From positions 174,206 through 238,205 of the forward strand of contig CAWIGG010000005.1 of assembly GCA_963835575.1 (NCBI GenBank): 64,000 nucleotides of DNA, written 5' to 3'. This stretch comes from an uncultured Spirochaetota bacterium. Its GTDB lineage: Bacteria; Spirochaetota; Brevinematia; Brevinematales; JAOACQ01. The position numbers were made by a program, and so were the translations under genes. Below the pieces are notes generated by a model that ran no database searches, was not told where the DNA came from, and saw nothing but the letters and a program-made list of their open reading frames with translations. Shown one piece after another: positions 39,881 to 49,790 of the stretch (position 1 is the stretch's first letter; each line of letters opens with the position of its first letter).

Positions 39881-42319
39881 ATGAAATTCGGCCATTTTGA
39901 TGACGTTAATAAAGAATATGTCATTACAACGCCTCAAACCCCATATCCATGGATAAACTATCTGGGAACACAGGATTTCTTTTCATTGATTTCGAATACA
40001 TCCGGCGGATATTGCTTTTATAAAGATGCGCGTCTCCGGAGGATTACCCGCTTCCGCTACAACAATGTACCGATCGATAACGGCGGGCGATATTTTTATA
40101 TTTACGATAACGGCGATTTCTGGTCTCCCGGATGGAAGCCGGTCAAAAAAGAGCTCTCATCATATGAATGCCGCCATGGCCTCGGCTATACAGAGATCAG
40201 CGGAGAAAGAAACGGCATAAAAGCTGAAACCCTCTTCTTTGTTCCCCTTCACACCAACTGCGAAGTCCACAAGGTTAAAATCAAAAATACTGGAAAAGCC
40301 GATAAAAAGGTCACACTTTTCTCATTTATTGAATTCTGTCTCTGGAACGCATGGGACAATATGACTAATTTCCAGAGAAATTTCAATACCGGCGAAGTGG
40401 AAATCGAAAAATCGGTCATCTATCATAAAACCGAGTATAGAGAAAGACGGAACCATTATTCATTCTATTCCGTCAACGCTGAAATTGACGGCTATGACAC
40501 CGACAGGGACAGTTTTATCGGCCTCTACAACGGGTCTGAAAACCCTCAGGCCGTCATACAGGGCAAGTCGAATAATTCCGTCGCTGACGGATGGTCTCCC
40601 ATTGCTTCCCACAGCATTAATCTGAAGTTAAAGGCGGGCGAGGAAAAAGAATTTGTTTTTGTTCTGGGTTATATAGAAAATCCCGACGCTGAAAAATGGC
40701 AGTCAAAAGGCGTCGTCAATAAAAAGAAGGCCTATGAAATGATCAATCAATTTAAAAGCGGTAAAGATGTCGAAAAAGCTTTTCAGGATTTAAAATCATA
40801 CTGGAACGGCCTTTTATCACGGTATGAGATCCGTCATAAAGACGAGAAACTCAGCCGCATGGTCAATATCTGGAACCAGTACCAGTGCATGGTCACATTC
40901 AATATGTCGCGGAGCGCTTCTTATTTTGAATCCGGCATCGGCCGCGGCATGGGCTTCCGCGATTCAAACCAGGACCTTCTCGGCTTTATGCACCAGATCC
41001 CTGAAAGGGCAAAAGAAAGGATTCTGGACCTGGCCGCGACCCAGCTGCCCGACGGCGGAGCGTACCACCAGTATCAGCCTCTTACAAAAAAAGGCAATAA
41101 TGAGGTCGGCGGCAATTTTAACGACGACCCTCTGTGGATCATACTTTCAACAGGGGCTTATATAAAAGAAACCGGCGATTGGTCAATATTGAAGGAGTCC
41201 GTGCCTTTTGATAATAATGAAAAGGATAAAGCCAGCCTCTTTGAGCATCTCAAGCGCTCGTTTTACCATGTAGTCGACAACCTTGGACCGCATGGGCTTC
41301 CGCTCATCGGCAGGGCCGACTGGAACGACTGCCTCAATCTGAACTGCTTCTCTTCCACGCCCGACGAGCCTTTCCAGACAACAACCGGTAAAGACGGCAA
41401 AGTGGCGGAATCCGTATTCATCGCCGGCCTGCTTATCTTCAGCGCTCCTGATTATCTCGCGATGTGCGAATATCTGGGCGAAAAAGAAGAGACAAAAAAG
41501 GCGAACGAGTGGGTCAAAAAAATGGATGATACGATTATGAAGCACGGTTGGGACGGCGAATGGTTCCTCCGCGCTTATGATGATTTCAGCAAAAAAATCG
41601 GCAGTAAGGAAAATGAAGAAGGTAAGATTTTTATCGAAACACAGGGAATCTGTACGATTGCCGGTATCGGCCTGGATAACGGCTACGCGGAGAAAGCCCT
41701 CGATGCATGCAGGAAATACCTGGACACAAAATACGGCCTTGTCCTCAATAACCCGGCTTTTACAAAGTATTATATCAATCTGGGCGAGATTTCGACATAT
41801 CCGCCCGGCTATAAGGAAAACGGCGGAGTTTTCTGCCATAGTAACGCCTGGATCATCGCCGGTGAAACAGTGCTCGGCAGGGGCGACAGGGCCTTTGAAT
41901 ACTACGCCAAGATTGCCCCCGCTTATACGGAAGAATTCAGCGAAATACATAAACTGGAGCCCTATGTTTACGCCCAGATGATAGCCGGAAAAGAAGCCAA
42001 ACGGCCCGGCGAGGCGAAGAACTCATGGCTTACCGGGACCGCCGGATGGCAGTTCGCTGTCATTTCCCAGTGGATCCTCGGAATCCAGCCTGATTATACC
42101 GGCCTGAAAATCAATCCATGCATTCCTTCAAGCTGGGAAGGCTACACCATAGTCCGCCATTACAGAGGCTCAAACTATAAAATCGACATCAAAAACCCTT
42201 CCTATGTCTCGAAAGGCGTGAAATCGATAACTATCGACGGAAATAAAATAGAGGGTTTGGTCCTCCCTGTTTTCGGCGACGGTAAAACCCATAATGTCGA
42301 GGTTGTATTGGGCAAATAA
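39881..42319 (+). CDS. GH94 cellobiose (or chitobiose/laminaribiose) phosphorylase
   Basis: The protein is 812 aa. It starts [29 protein letters not shown], has RADWNDCLN (catalytic Asp region) and [14 protein letters not shown] (phosphate site). Confidence 0.85.
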   Translation: MKFGHFDDVNKEYVITTPQTPYPWINYLGTQDFFSLISNTSGGYCFYKDARLRRITRFRYNNVPIDNGGRYFYIYDNGDFWSPGWKPVKKELSSYECRHGLGYTEISGERNGIKAETLFFVPLHTNCEVHKVKIKNTGKADKKVTLFSFIEFCLWNAWDNMTNFQRNFNTGEVEIEKSVIYHKTEYRERRNHYSFYSVNAEIDGYDTDRDSFIGLYNGSENPQAVIQGKSNNSVADGWSPIASHSINLKLKAGEEKEFVFVLGYIENPDAEKWQSKGVVNKKKAYEMINQFKSGKDVEKAFQDLKSYWNGLLSRYEIRHKDEKLSRMVNIWNQYQCMVTFNMSRSASYFESGIGRGMGFRDSNQDLLGFMHQIPERAKERILDLAATQLPDGGAYHQYQPLTKKGNNEVGGNFNDDPLWIILSTGAYIKETGDWSILKESVPFDNNEKDKASLFEHLKRSFYHVVDNLGPHGLPLIGRADWNDCLNLNCFSSTPDEPFQTTTGKDGKVAESVFIAGLLIFSAPDYLAMCEYLGEKEETKKANEWVKKMDDTIMKHGWDGEWFLRAYDDFSKKIGSKENEEGKIFIETQGICTIAGIGLDNGYAEKALDACRKYLDTKYGLVLNNPAFTKYYINLGEISTYPPGYKENGGVFCHSNAWIIAGETVLGRGDRAFEYYAKIAPAYTEEFSEIHKLEPYVYAQMIAGKEAKRPGEAKNSWLTGTAGWQFAVISQWILGIQPDYTGLKINPCIPSSWEGYTIVRHYRGSNYKIDIKNPSYVSKGVKSITIDGNKIEGLVLPVFGDGKTHNVEVVLGK

Positions 42320-42484
42320 ATGAGTTATAATATAAAAAAAGAATTTTTAAAATAGAGTTAAATCTAAAAATATAAACATTTTATCAAAAAAAATTAAAAA
42401 GAATGAACACTTCGTCCGATAATTCAATTGATTTATGCAGAATTAGATTCCCCTCCCAATTCTGCAAACTCACTGTGTGAGTGA

Positions 42485-42515
42485 AGCGAGGATTTATAAT
42501 CCTCGCTTTTTTTTT
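42485..42515 (+). terminator. Rho-independent terminator that forms the group II intron target
   Basis: AGCGAGGAT-ttata-ATCCTCGCT is followed by a 9-T run. The intron 5' end lies 2 nt after the T run. Confidence 0.75.
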
Positions 42516-42516
42516 A

Positions 42517-44438
42517 GTGCGCCCGGCAGGGCGCACGTTCTTGGAGGTTAAAGTCCTCTATGCACCCGGTAAGGGGAATCCCTCACCAGTTTGTGAACTT
42601 CTCCGGGCAGCCGGACAAACTGGTGAGGGACAGACGGCAAGGGTGTCCGCCGTGAGGCGGAATCTGAAGGAAGCCGGAGGCAAAACGCTGGCCTGACGAA
42701 CAGAAACCGCAAATAAGGCGTTTATGTTGGATAAGACGGCCAATATCGTTAAAGTCCGATACTTACACGGAAAACGTAGGCGTAAATGCGGCAGGTATAA
42801 GCGGGAAGGAACGAGCGTATTACCCGGGGAGATCTGGAAATCCGCTACATATTAGCTATTGTCATTGAAAGGTGATGAGAGGGATTTTCAGAAGTCGGCA
42901 GAAGCCATAGTAGCTTCTTGACCGGAAGTGAAGGGCAGAACCAAAATGTAGGAGTACCGCTATGAATCCTGATACGGTAATTTGCGCAGAAGCGAATGAA
43001 GACCATTTGGCTTTGACAGAAAATAGGGACGGAATCCCGAAGAAGAGTCAAAGTGCGTGTATCCGTACAGAGAGGCAAAGAAGGAGTACACCGGATGAAA
43101 ACAATCTAATCGAGCATCTGGTCAAACGCGAGAACATGCTGGAAGCCTATCACAGAGTGGTAAGCAGCAAAGGCTCGGCGGGAATTGACGGAGTAACGGT
43201 CGAAAGAATGAAAGATGACGTTAATAACCGGTGGGCTGAAATCAAAGTCAAATTGCTGGAAGGAAGATACAAACCGAAGGCGGTAAAAGGAGTGCAAATT
43301 CCGCAAACGAATGGCGGGGTTCGTCAATTGGGAATCCCGACGGTAATGGATCGACTGATACAGCAAGCATTTTATCAGGTGCTGAGTCCAATCTTCGAAC
43401 CGGGATTTTCGGAATTGAGTTATGGCTTTCGTCCCGGAAAAAGGGCACAACAAGCCATAGCGAAGTCAAGAGAATATCAGGAGACCGGGAAACGATGGGT
43501 TGTAGATATGGATTTAGCGAAATTTTTCGATGAAGTTGACCACGATATCCTAATAGCGAGGATAAAGCGAAAAGTCAGGGATAAGAAAATCCTGAAACTG
43601 ATTGCCTCGTTTCTCAAAGCCGGAATGATGACGGATAATAAAATCACGGCGAGGAAAAAGGGAACACCACAAGGTGGAAATCTGTCTCCATTATTAGCGA
43701 ATATTATACTGGATGACCTTGACAAGGAATTAGAACAAAGAGGACATAGCTTTTGCCGGTATGCTGATGACTGCAATATATACGTTAAAAGCAGGAAAGC
43801 CGGAGAAAGAGTGATGGACTCGATATCCAGATTTGTTGAGGAAAAGTTGAAGCTGAAAGTGAATCGTGATAAAAGCGCCGCAGCAAGGCCGTGGGAAAGA
43901 AAATTTCTCGGTTACTCATTTACAAGTGAGAAGAAAACAAGGATTCGGGTAGCAATGGAATCGAAAGAAAAACTCAAGAAGAATCTGAAAGAAGTGTTCA
44001 GGAAAGTACAGGGACGAAATCTGAAAGAATTCATCAGGAAAGAATTAAACCCAAAAATTCGCGGATGGATAAATTATTTTATCATTGCGAATGTAAAAGA
44101 TTTTACTGACGATATGGATGGATTCGAAGGAAACTACGATGTGCGCTATGGAAACAATGGAAAAGACCCTGGACAAGAAGAAAGCGGCTGATTGAAGCTG
44201 GGCTAAAAGAAGAGCAAGCAGTGGCAAGTACTTTCAACCAGAGAGGCTCGTGGTGGAATTCCGGGGCAAAACATATGAATCTTGTCTTTCCGAAGAAATA
44301 CTTTGATAGTATGGGTCTTGTATCAATGCTGGATACGATTTGTAATTATCAGAAATTAAATTTTGGAACCGCCGTATACGGAACCGTACGTACGGTGGTG
44401 TGAGAGGTCGGCGGGTGTGAACCCGCCTCCTACTCGAT
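42517..44438 (+). mobile_element. Bacterial group II intron (class-C-like), ~1.9 kb
   Basis: The 5' end is GTGCG (42517-42521). An RT/maturase ORF lies in domain IV. A domain V-like hairpin (CCGCCGTATACGGAACCGTACGTACGGTGG) is at ~44368-44398. A domain VI helix GAGAGG..GGCGGG-tgtgaa-CCCGCC.CCT[A]CTC has a bulged A 7 nt before the proposed 3' end ...GAT (44438). Confidence 0.8.
42962..44403 (+). pseudogene. Group II intron reverse transcriptase/maturase, frameshifted near 44114-44122
   Basis: RT motifs are GIDGVTV, RQLGIPTVMDRLIQQA, SYGFRPGKRAQQA, DLAKFFDEVDHD and YADDCNIYV. The maturase motif is IRGWINYF. The open frame ends in nonsense (FEGNYDVRYG...). The expected continuation WIRRKLRCALWKQWKRPWTRRKRL...GTAVYGTVRTVV* lies in the +2 frame and runs to TGA 44401-44403. 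Confidence 0.85.
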
Positions 44439-44504
44439 TCGAACGAGCGAGTGAAATGACCCAGCGCCATTGGAATGGCGCTGGTCATTTCCGAGCGAGT
44501 AATA

Positions 44505-44600
44505 CCAAGCTGCAATCAATATTAGAGCAACTTTGTTGTGCGGAACTCAGCTATGCTGAGGAGAGAGCACAACAATTAGTTGCTCTTTGATTGCAGCTTG
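44505..44600. other. 96-nt imperfect long hairpin of unknown function
   Basis: ACCAAGCTGCAATCAA pairs with TTGATTGCAGCTTGGT (16 bp perfect). AGAGCAAC pairs with GTTGCTCT. TTGTTGTGC pairs with GCACAACAA. The apical mini-hairpin is CTCAGC-tat-GCTGAG. Confidence 0.6.
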
Positions 44601-44714
44601 GTAGAAGACAACAAAGTTGTTTAATACTACCAAGTCTTGCCCCTGATCAGCTCTGGAGCGGAACTCACAGAGTTCTGGAGCTTGCTCCCCATTCAACTTT
44701 ATTGCCCTGATTTT

Positions 44715-44743
44715 TTGACAATTAGCATTTTCATAGATAAAAT
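44715..44743 (+). promoter_or_regulatory. Sigma70-type promoter for rpmF-plsX
   Basis: TTGACA (44715-44720), a 17-nt spacer, then TAAAAT (44738-44743). It lies ~40 nt upstream of the rpmF ATG. Confidence 0.6.
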
Positions 44744-44781
44744 GTATGTTATCAACGATTATTATAAGAGGAGATGAAATC

Positions 44782-44979
44782 ATGCCCGTTCCAAAGCATA
44801 AAACAGCCAAATGCAAAAGCAGAATGAGAAAAGCAAACGGCTATTATAAAACTTCAAGCCCCGCGATGTCGGTTTGTCCCAACTGCGGGGCCAAGAAACT
44901 GCCCCACAGGGTCTGCGATTCATGCGGTTTTTATAAAGGCAGGCAGATCATTACCAAAGTCGTTAAAGAAGAGAAATAA
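44782..44979 (+). CDS. rpmF: 50S ribosomal protein L32 (zinc-ribbon form)
   Basis: The start is at MPVPKHKTAKCKSRMRKA (GAGGAG SD). The cysteine pairs are CPNCG...CDSCG. Confidence 0.9.
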   Translation: MPVPKHKTAKCKSRMRKANGYYKTSSPAMSVCPNCGAKKLPHRVCDSCGFYKGRQIITKVVKEEK

Positions 44980-44993
44980 CCTTGGAGAATCTC

Positions 44994-46025
44994 ATGAAGA
45001 TAGGCGTTGATATTATCAGCGGCGAATCGGATATAAAAGATTTGATCCAGGGATGTATTGACGCTGTGAATGACGATCCTACCATTGAGGTGGTCATGAT
45101 CGGCAGGGGTGATGTCTACAAGCCGATCCTGCACAGCAAGGCCAATTTATTAAATAAAAACATCAAGCGCATCAGCATCATTGAAGCATCTGAAGTCATT
45201 ACAATGGATGACGATCCCCTTGCCGTGATCAAACAGAAAAAAGATTCCAGCATAGTCAAAGGTCTGCAGGCCCATAAAAAAGGCGAAATCCAGGCTTTCT
45301 TTTCTCCCGGCAATACGGGAGCTGTGGTTGTCGCGTCCGCCCTAATTCTTGGAAGGGTTATGGGCATCAAAAAACCGGCCCTGATCCAGATCATGCCTAC
45401 TATGGTAGGTAAAAACAATATTCTTCTGGATGTCGGAGCCAGCGCCGAATGTGAAGCGGAAGATCTTGTCAAATTCGCCGTTATGGGCAGGATTTTCGCG
45501 GAGGAAATTCTCCGCATCCCCAATCCGAAAGTCGGCCTTCTCAATATCGGCGAAGAATCCCACAAAGGGACATCCGCCGCCCGGGAAGCTTTCAAAAGTC
45601 TCTCAAATGCCAACGTCAATTTCAAAGGCAATGTGGAAGGATACCAGATCTTTTCCGATGAAGTGGATGTCATCGTCTGCGACGGATATATCGGCAATAT
45701 CACTTTAAAAACGGTTGAAGGCGCCGCGAATACCTTTACCAGCCTTTTAAAAAAGGCGATTTTCAAGCATATTCCGGCTATTCTGACCCTGCCCTTTTAC
45801 AGCGGCGCGTTGAAGGAATTAAAAAGAGCGGCCGACGCGGAACAATACGGCGGGGCGCCTCTTCTCGGCGTCAACGGCAACGTTCTGATCGGTCATGGAA
45901 AATCAGGCAGGACCGCCATTAAATTCGGCATTAAGGCCGCGGCTGACGCTGTCCGGCACGATGTGCTTGGTAAGCTGAACAAGCGGCTTGAAGAAATGCA
46001 TCTTAACGACAGGGAAAACAGCTGA
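44994..46025 (+). CDS. plsX: Phosphate acyltransferase PlsX
   Basis: The protein starts MKIGVDIISGE and carries SPGNTGA, LLDVGA, NIGEE and CDGYIGNITLK motifs. It sits directly after rpmF, as in the canonical operon. Confidence 0.9.
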   Translation: MKIGVDIISGESDIKDLIQGCIDAVNDDPTIEVVMIGRGDVYKPILHSKANLLNKNIKRISIIEASEVITMDDDPLAVIKQKKDSSIVKGLQAHKKGEIQAFFSPGNTGAVVVASALILGRVMGIKKPALIQIMPTMVGKNNILLDVGASAECEAEDLVKFAVMGRIFAEEILRIPNPKVGLLNIGEESHKGTSAAREAFKSLSNANVNFKGNVEGYQIFSDEVDVIVCDGYIGNITLKTVEGAANTFTSLLKKAIFKHIPAILTLPFYSGALKELKRAADAEQYGGAPLLGVNGNVLIGHGKSGRTAIKFGIKAAADAVRHDVLGKLNKRLEEMHLNDRENS

Positions 46026-46136
46026 AAAATTAACCGAACATATTTTATTATCAAACTTTTATAAAGCCTCTTTAAAACCGGTTAGAGAGGAAGTAAGAAT
46101 TTAATAAAGTAAACAACATTAAACTGGAGGTTTATA

Positions 46137-46883
46137 ATGGGCAGGCTCGCAAATAAGAATGCCATCGTTACAGGATCAGCCAGAGGCATCGGTAAATCCA
46201 TAGCTCTGAAACTCGCGGAAGAAGGGGCTAATGTCGTCATCGTCGATGTCATACAGGACGCCGCGGAGGAAACCGCCAAGGAAATACAGGCACTGGGCAG
46301 AAAAAGTTTCGCCATGAAAGTGGATGTCACAAATTATAAAGAAGTCGAGGAAATGATCAATAAAACTAAAACAGATTTGGGCACACTGGATATTCTGGTC
46401 AATAACGCCGGGATAACCCGGGACAATCTGATACTGCGGATGACGCCCGATGATTTCGACCTGGTATTAAACATCAATCTCAAAGGCGTATTTAACGGCA
46501 TTAAAGCCGCTTTTCCCGTTATGATGAAACAGAGAAGCGGTAAAATCGTTAATATCGCGTCAATTATAGGAATGATCGGCAACGCGGGACAGGCCAACTA
46601 TTCCGCCAGCAAAGGAGGCGTCATCGCCCTGACAAAATCAGCCGCCAGGGAACTGGCCGCCAGAGGGGTCTGTGTCAATGCCGTCGCGCCCGGTTTTATC
46701 CAGACTGCCATGACCGATAAGCTGCAGGAATCAGATAAAGAGAAAATTCTCGTTCAGGTGCCGATGGGAAGAATGGGCCAGCCGGAAGATGTGGCAAAAG
46801 CCGTTTTATTTTTAGCCTCTCCGGATTCCGACTATATCACCGGGCAGGTCGTCGTCGTTGACGGCGGCATGGTGATGTCCTAA
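46137..46883 (+). CDS. fabG: 3-oxoacyl-ACP reductase
   Basis: Motifs are TGSARGIGKSIA, NNAGITRDN and YSASKGG (the catalytic Y-x3-K), and the C-terminus reads ITGQVVVVDGGMVM. Confidence 0.9.
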   Translation: MGRLANKNAIVTGSARGIGKSIALKLAEEGANVVIVDVIQDAAEETAKEIQALGRKSFAMKVDVTNYKEVEEMINKTKTDLGTLDILVNNAGITRDNLILRMTPDDFDLVLNINLKGVFNGIKAAFPVMMKQRSGKIVNIASIIGMIGNAGQANYSASKGGVIALTKSAARELAARGVCVNAVAPGFIQTAMTDKLQESDKEKILVQVPMGRMGQPEDVAKAVLFLASPDSDYITGQVVVVDGGMVMS

Positions 46884-46898
46884 ATATTGGAGGATTTA

Positions 46899-48149
46899 AT
46901 GAGTAGTAGAAGAGTTGTTGTCACCGGAATGGGTACCATCAATGCCCTCGGATTAAATGTCAAAGAATACTGGGAAGGATTAAAAGCCGGAAAAAGCGGC
47001 ACGACAAGAGTGACAAACATAGATTTAAAGGATTCGCCCAGCCTTGTCGCCGGCGAAGTTAAAAATGATAAATTCAATCCGGAAAATTACATGGATAGAA
47101 AGCTGACGAAAAGAATGGACCGCTTCTGCCAGTTCGCTTTTACCGCGGCGAAAGAAGCCGTCAATGACAGCGGCATTCTCAATGCTGATATAGATAAAAC
47201 AAGGGTAGGCGTCATCATCGGCTCGGGCATCGGCGGCATCCAGACATTTTATGATAATTCGGTCAAGCTTTATACATCAGGCCATAACCGTGTTTCGCCT
47301 CTGCTCATTCCGATGCTCATCAGCGATATCGCTTCCGGATACGTGTCCATCGAATATGGTTTTATGGGACCCAACTATTGCGTCTCATCGGCCTGCGCCT
47401 CGGCCGGCCACAGCATTACGGCTTCTTTTAACCATATTTTAATGGATGACGCCGACATAATGGTTTCCGGCGGCGCGGAAGCGGCAATCACCAATGTCGG
47501 CTTTGCCGGATTTACTCAGGCCAAGACGCTCTCGACACATTATAACGACAGGCCTGAAAAGTCTTCGCGCCCCTTTGATAAGGACCGCGACGGATTTGTC
47601 ATGGGCGAGGGATCGGGAATTCTTATCCTGGAAGAGCTCGAACACGCGAAAAAGCGCGGAGCGAAGATATACGCCGAGCTTTTATCTTACGGAGTCAGCG
47701 GCGACGCTTATCATATTACGGCGCCTACTCCCGACGGGAGCGGCGGCGCGCTGGCGGCTAAAAACGCCCTCAGGAAAGCAGGAATCCGCCCCGAAGATGT
47801 TCAGCTGGTAAACGCGCATGGCACCTCGACAGACCTGGGCGATCCGGCTGAAACTAAAGGCATCAAGCAGGTTTTCGGCGAGCATGCCTTCAAGCTCAAG
47901 GTCAACTCGACAAAGTCGATGATAGGGCATTGCCTGGGAGCGGCGGCGGCCGTGGAATCCATCGCCGTCATTAAAATGATTCAAGATAGTATAGTACATC
48001 CGACGATAAATCTGGATAATCCCGATCCGGAATGCGACCTGGATTATGTTCCCAATAAAGCTGTGCCGTGCGATATTACACACGGCGTCAGTAATTCATT
48101 TGGATTCGGTGGTCATAATGTTACATTGGTTTTCAAAAAATACCAATAA
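46899..48149 (+). CDS. fabF: 3-oxoacyl-ACP synthase II
   Basis: The start is MSSRRVVVTGMG (GGAGG SD). The active-site Cys is in SSACASAGHSI, and the His residues are in NAHGTSTDLGD and GHCLGAAAAVE. Confidence 0.9.
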   Translation: MSSRRVVVTGMGTINALGLNVKEYWEGLKAGKSGTTRVTNIDLKDSPSLVAGEVKNDKFNPENYMDRKLTKRMDRFCQFAFTAAKEAVNDSGILNADIDKTRVGVIIGSGIGGIQTFYDNSVKLYTSGHNRVSPLLIPMLISDIASGYVSIEYGFMGPNYCVSSACASAGHSITASFNHILMDDADIMVSGGAEAAITNVGFAGFTQAKTLSTHYNDRPEKSSRPFDKDRDGFVMGEGSGILILEELEHAKKRGAKIYAELLSYGVSGDAYHITAPTPDGSGGALAAKNALRKAGIRPEDVQLVNAHGTSTDLGDPAETKGIKQVFGEHAFKLKVNSTKSMIGHCLGAAAAVESIAVIKMIQDSIVHPTINLDNPDPECDLDYVPNKAVPCDITHGVSNSFGFGGHNVTLVFKKYQ

Positions 48150-48186
48150 GCAAAAAGGACGCAAGAACAAAATAAGCAAAATAAGG

Positions 48187-48879
48187 ATGGGGCAATTAAA
48201 AAAAATATCCGGCAGGCTTTCAATTAATATTAAAGACTATCACCTGCTGGATAAAGCCTTCACGCATTCTTCATGTATTGACAAATCAGGCGGATATAAT
48301 GAACCCTATGAAAGACTGGAATTTCTGGGTGATTCCATCCTCAATGCGTCTATAGCCTATCTGCTGTATATTAATAATCCCCATCTTTCCGAAGGCGGGC
48401 TCTCCGCTCTCCGTTCCAGCCTGGTTGATGAAAAAACCCTGTCGGAAATTGCTTTTCAGCTTAAGCTCCTTGATTATATCAATCTAGGGAAAGGTGAAAC
48501 GCTTTCCGATCCCCGCGCCAGACAAAAAGTCGCTGCGGATATCACCGAATCGATCATCGGCGTCATATTTCTGGAAAGCGGCTTTGAGAAAGCCCTGGCA
48601 TTTGTGAAAAGCATACTTGATCCCGAAATTAAAAAAAGAATTAAGACCGGCACCCGCGATTATAAGACACAGCTCCAGAAATGGTCCGTTTCAAAATTCA
48701 AGGAATATCCCGTTTACAGGATCATCAGGGAAACAGGGCCGGACCATAATAAAATATTCGAGATCCAGGTAACTGTCCATGGCGAATTTACGGCGAACGC
48801 GAAAGGAAGGACAAAGAAGGAAGCGGAGCAGAAGGCCGCGGAACAGGTGATAAAATCAATTAAAATCGAAAATAAATAA
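48187..48879 (+). CDS. rnc: Ribonuclease III
   Basis: The start is re-called at MGQLKKISG. The signature ERLEFLGDS is present, and the C-terminal dsRBD contains GPDHNKIF and AEQKAAEQ. Confidence 0.9.
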   Translation: MGQLKKISGRLSINIKDYHLLDKAFTHSSCIDKSGGYNEPYERLEFLGDSILNASIAYLLYINNPHLSEGGLSALRSSLVDEKTLSEIAFQLKLLDYINLGKGETLSDPRARQKVAADITESIIGVIFLESGFEKALAFVKSILDPEIKKRIKTGTRDYKTQLQKWSVSKFKEYPVYRIIRETGPDHNKIFEIQVTVHGEFTANAKGRTKKEAEQKAAEQVIKSIKIENK

Positions 48880-48900
48880 TGATTAAGAAGGGATGGTTTT

Positions 48901-49788
48901 ATGATGAGAAGTATGACAGGCTTCGGAAGCGAATTTAAAAGCACAGACCAATATGATATTACCGTGGAACTGAAAAGCCTGAACTCGCGCTATTTTGATT
49001 TCAAGCTCAAGACCAGCGCTTCGATCGACGAATGGGAAAATGATATAAAAAACGCCGTTAATGAAAAATTAAAACGGGGAAAAATCGACCTCTATATTAA
49101 AATAGTGGAAAAGGAAGCGAAAAATTACAATATCGTTGTCAACTATGAACTGGCTAATAAATATGAAGATGCCCTCTCAAGCCTTTCCAAACAGCTGAAA
49201 GTCGTTCCGGAACTGACAATGCGCGACTTTGTGACGCTGGGCAATATTCTTCAGATTGAAAGGACCGGCGGTTATGAGGACCTGTACGACATCCTGATGG
49301 GAATGATCGTTTCCGTCATAAAAAAAGTTCTGGATATGATGAACCAGGAGGGAGAAAAAACAAAGGAAGATATTGAGACTTCCCTTTCAATAATGGAAAA
49401 AAGCGTGACTACGATTGAAATCGTTTATCCTCTTAATCTTGAAAAATATAAACAGGCTTTGAAAGAACGCATAATGGAGTTTCTGTCGGAAAGCAGGGAA
49501 GATCTTTTTACAAACAACCGTCTGCTGATTGAAGCGGAGCTTGTCGCATCCCGCACAGCGATCAATGAAGAGCTCGTCAGGCTGAAAAGCCACCTCATCC
49601 AGTTCAAAAACATCCTGAGCGGAAAATCTCCCGGCGACGGCAAAAAACTTGATTTTATCGGTCAGGAAATGAACCGTGAGGCGAATACCATCGCATCCAA
49701 ATCCTCAGACTATCAGATCATTGAAAACACGATCATTATCAAAGGTGAAATTGAAAAAATCCGGGAACAGCTCAGAAACCTGGAGTAA
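48901..49788 (+). CDS. yicC: YicC-family endoribonuclease/stress protein
   Basis: The N-terminus is M(M)RSMTGFG. The C-terminal motif is LDFIGQEMNREANTIASKS. Confidence 0.85.
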   Translation: MMRSMTGFGSEFKSTDQYDITVELKSLNSRYFDFKLKTSASIDEWENDIKNAVNEKLKRGKIDLYIKIVEKEAKNYNIVVNYELANKYEDALSSLSKQLKVVPELTMRDFVTLGNILQIERTGGYEDLYDILMGMIVSVIKKVLDMMNQEGEKTKEDIETSLSIMEKSVTTIEIVYPLNLEKYKQALKERIMEFLSESREDLFTNNRLLIEAELVASRTAINEELVRLKSHLIQFKNILSGKSPGDGKKLDFIGQEMNREANTIASKSSDYQIIENTIIIKGEIEKIREQLRNLE

Positions 49789-49790
49789 AA

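Noticed and set aside
42962-44403. The reverse transcriptase as a retron or diversity-generating retroelement
   Set aside because: It carries the maturase (RGWINYF / WIRRKLR) region and is embedded between a GTGCG 5' end and domain V/VI helices, so it is a group II intron. No template/variable repeat pair or msr/msd-like inverted repeats were seen.
44505-44600. The long imperfect palindrome as an integron attC site (class C introns also target attC)
   Set aside because: The AGAGCAAC/GTTGCTCT segments do not fit the RYYYAAC/GTTRRRY core. There is no integrase, no cassette array and only one such site. The intron is clearly at a terminator instead.
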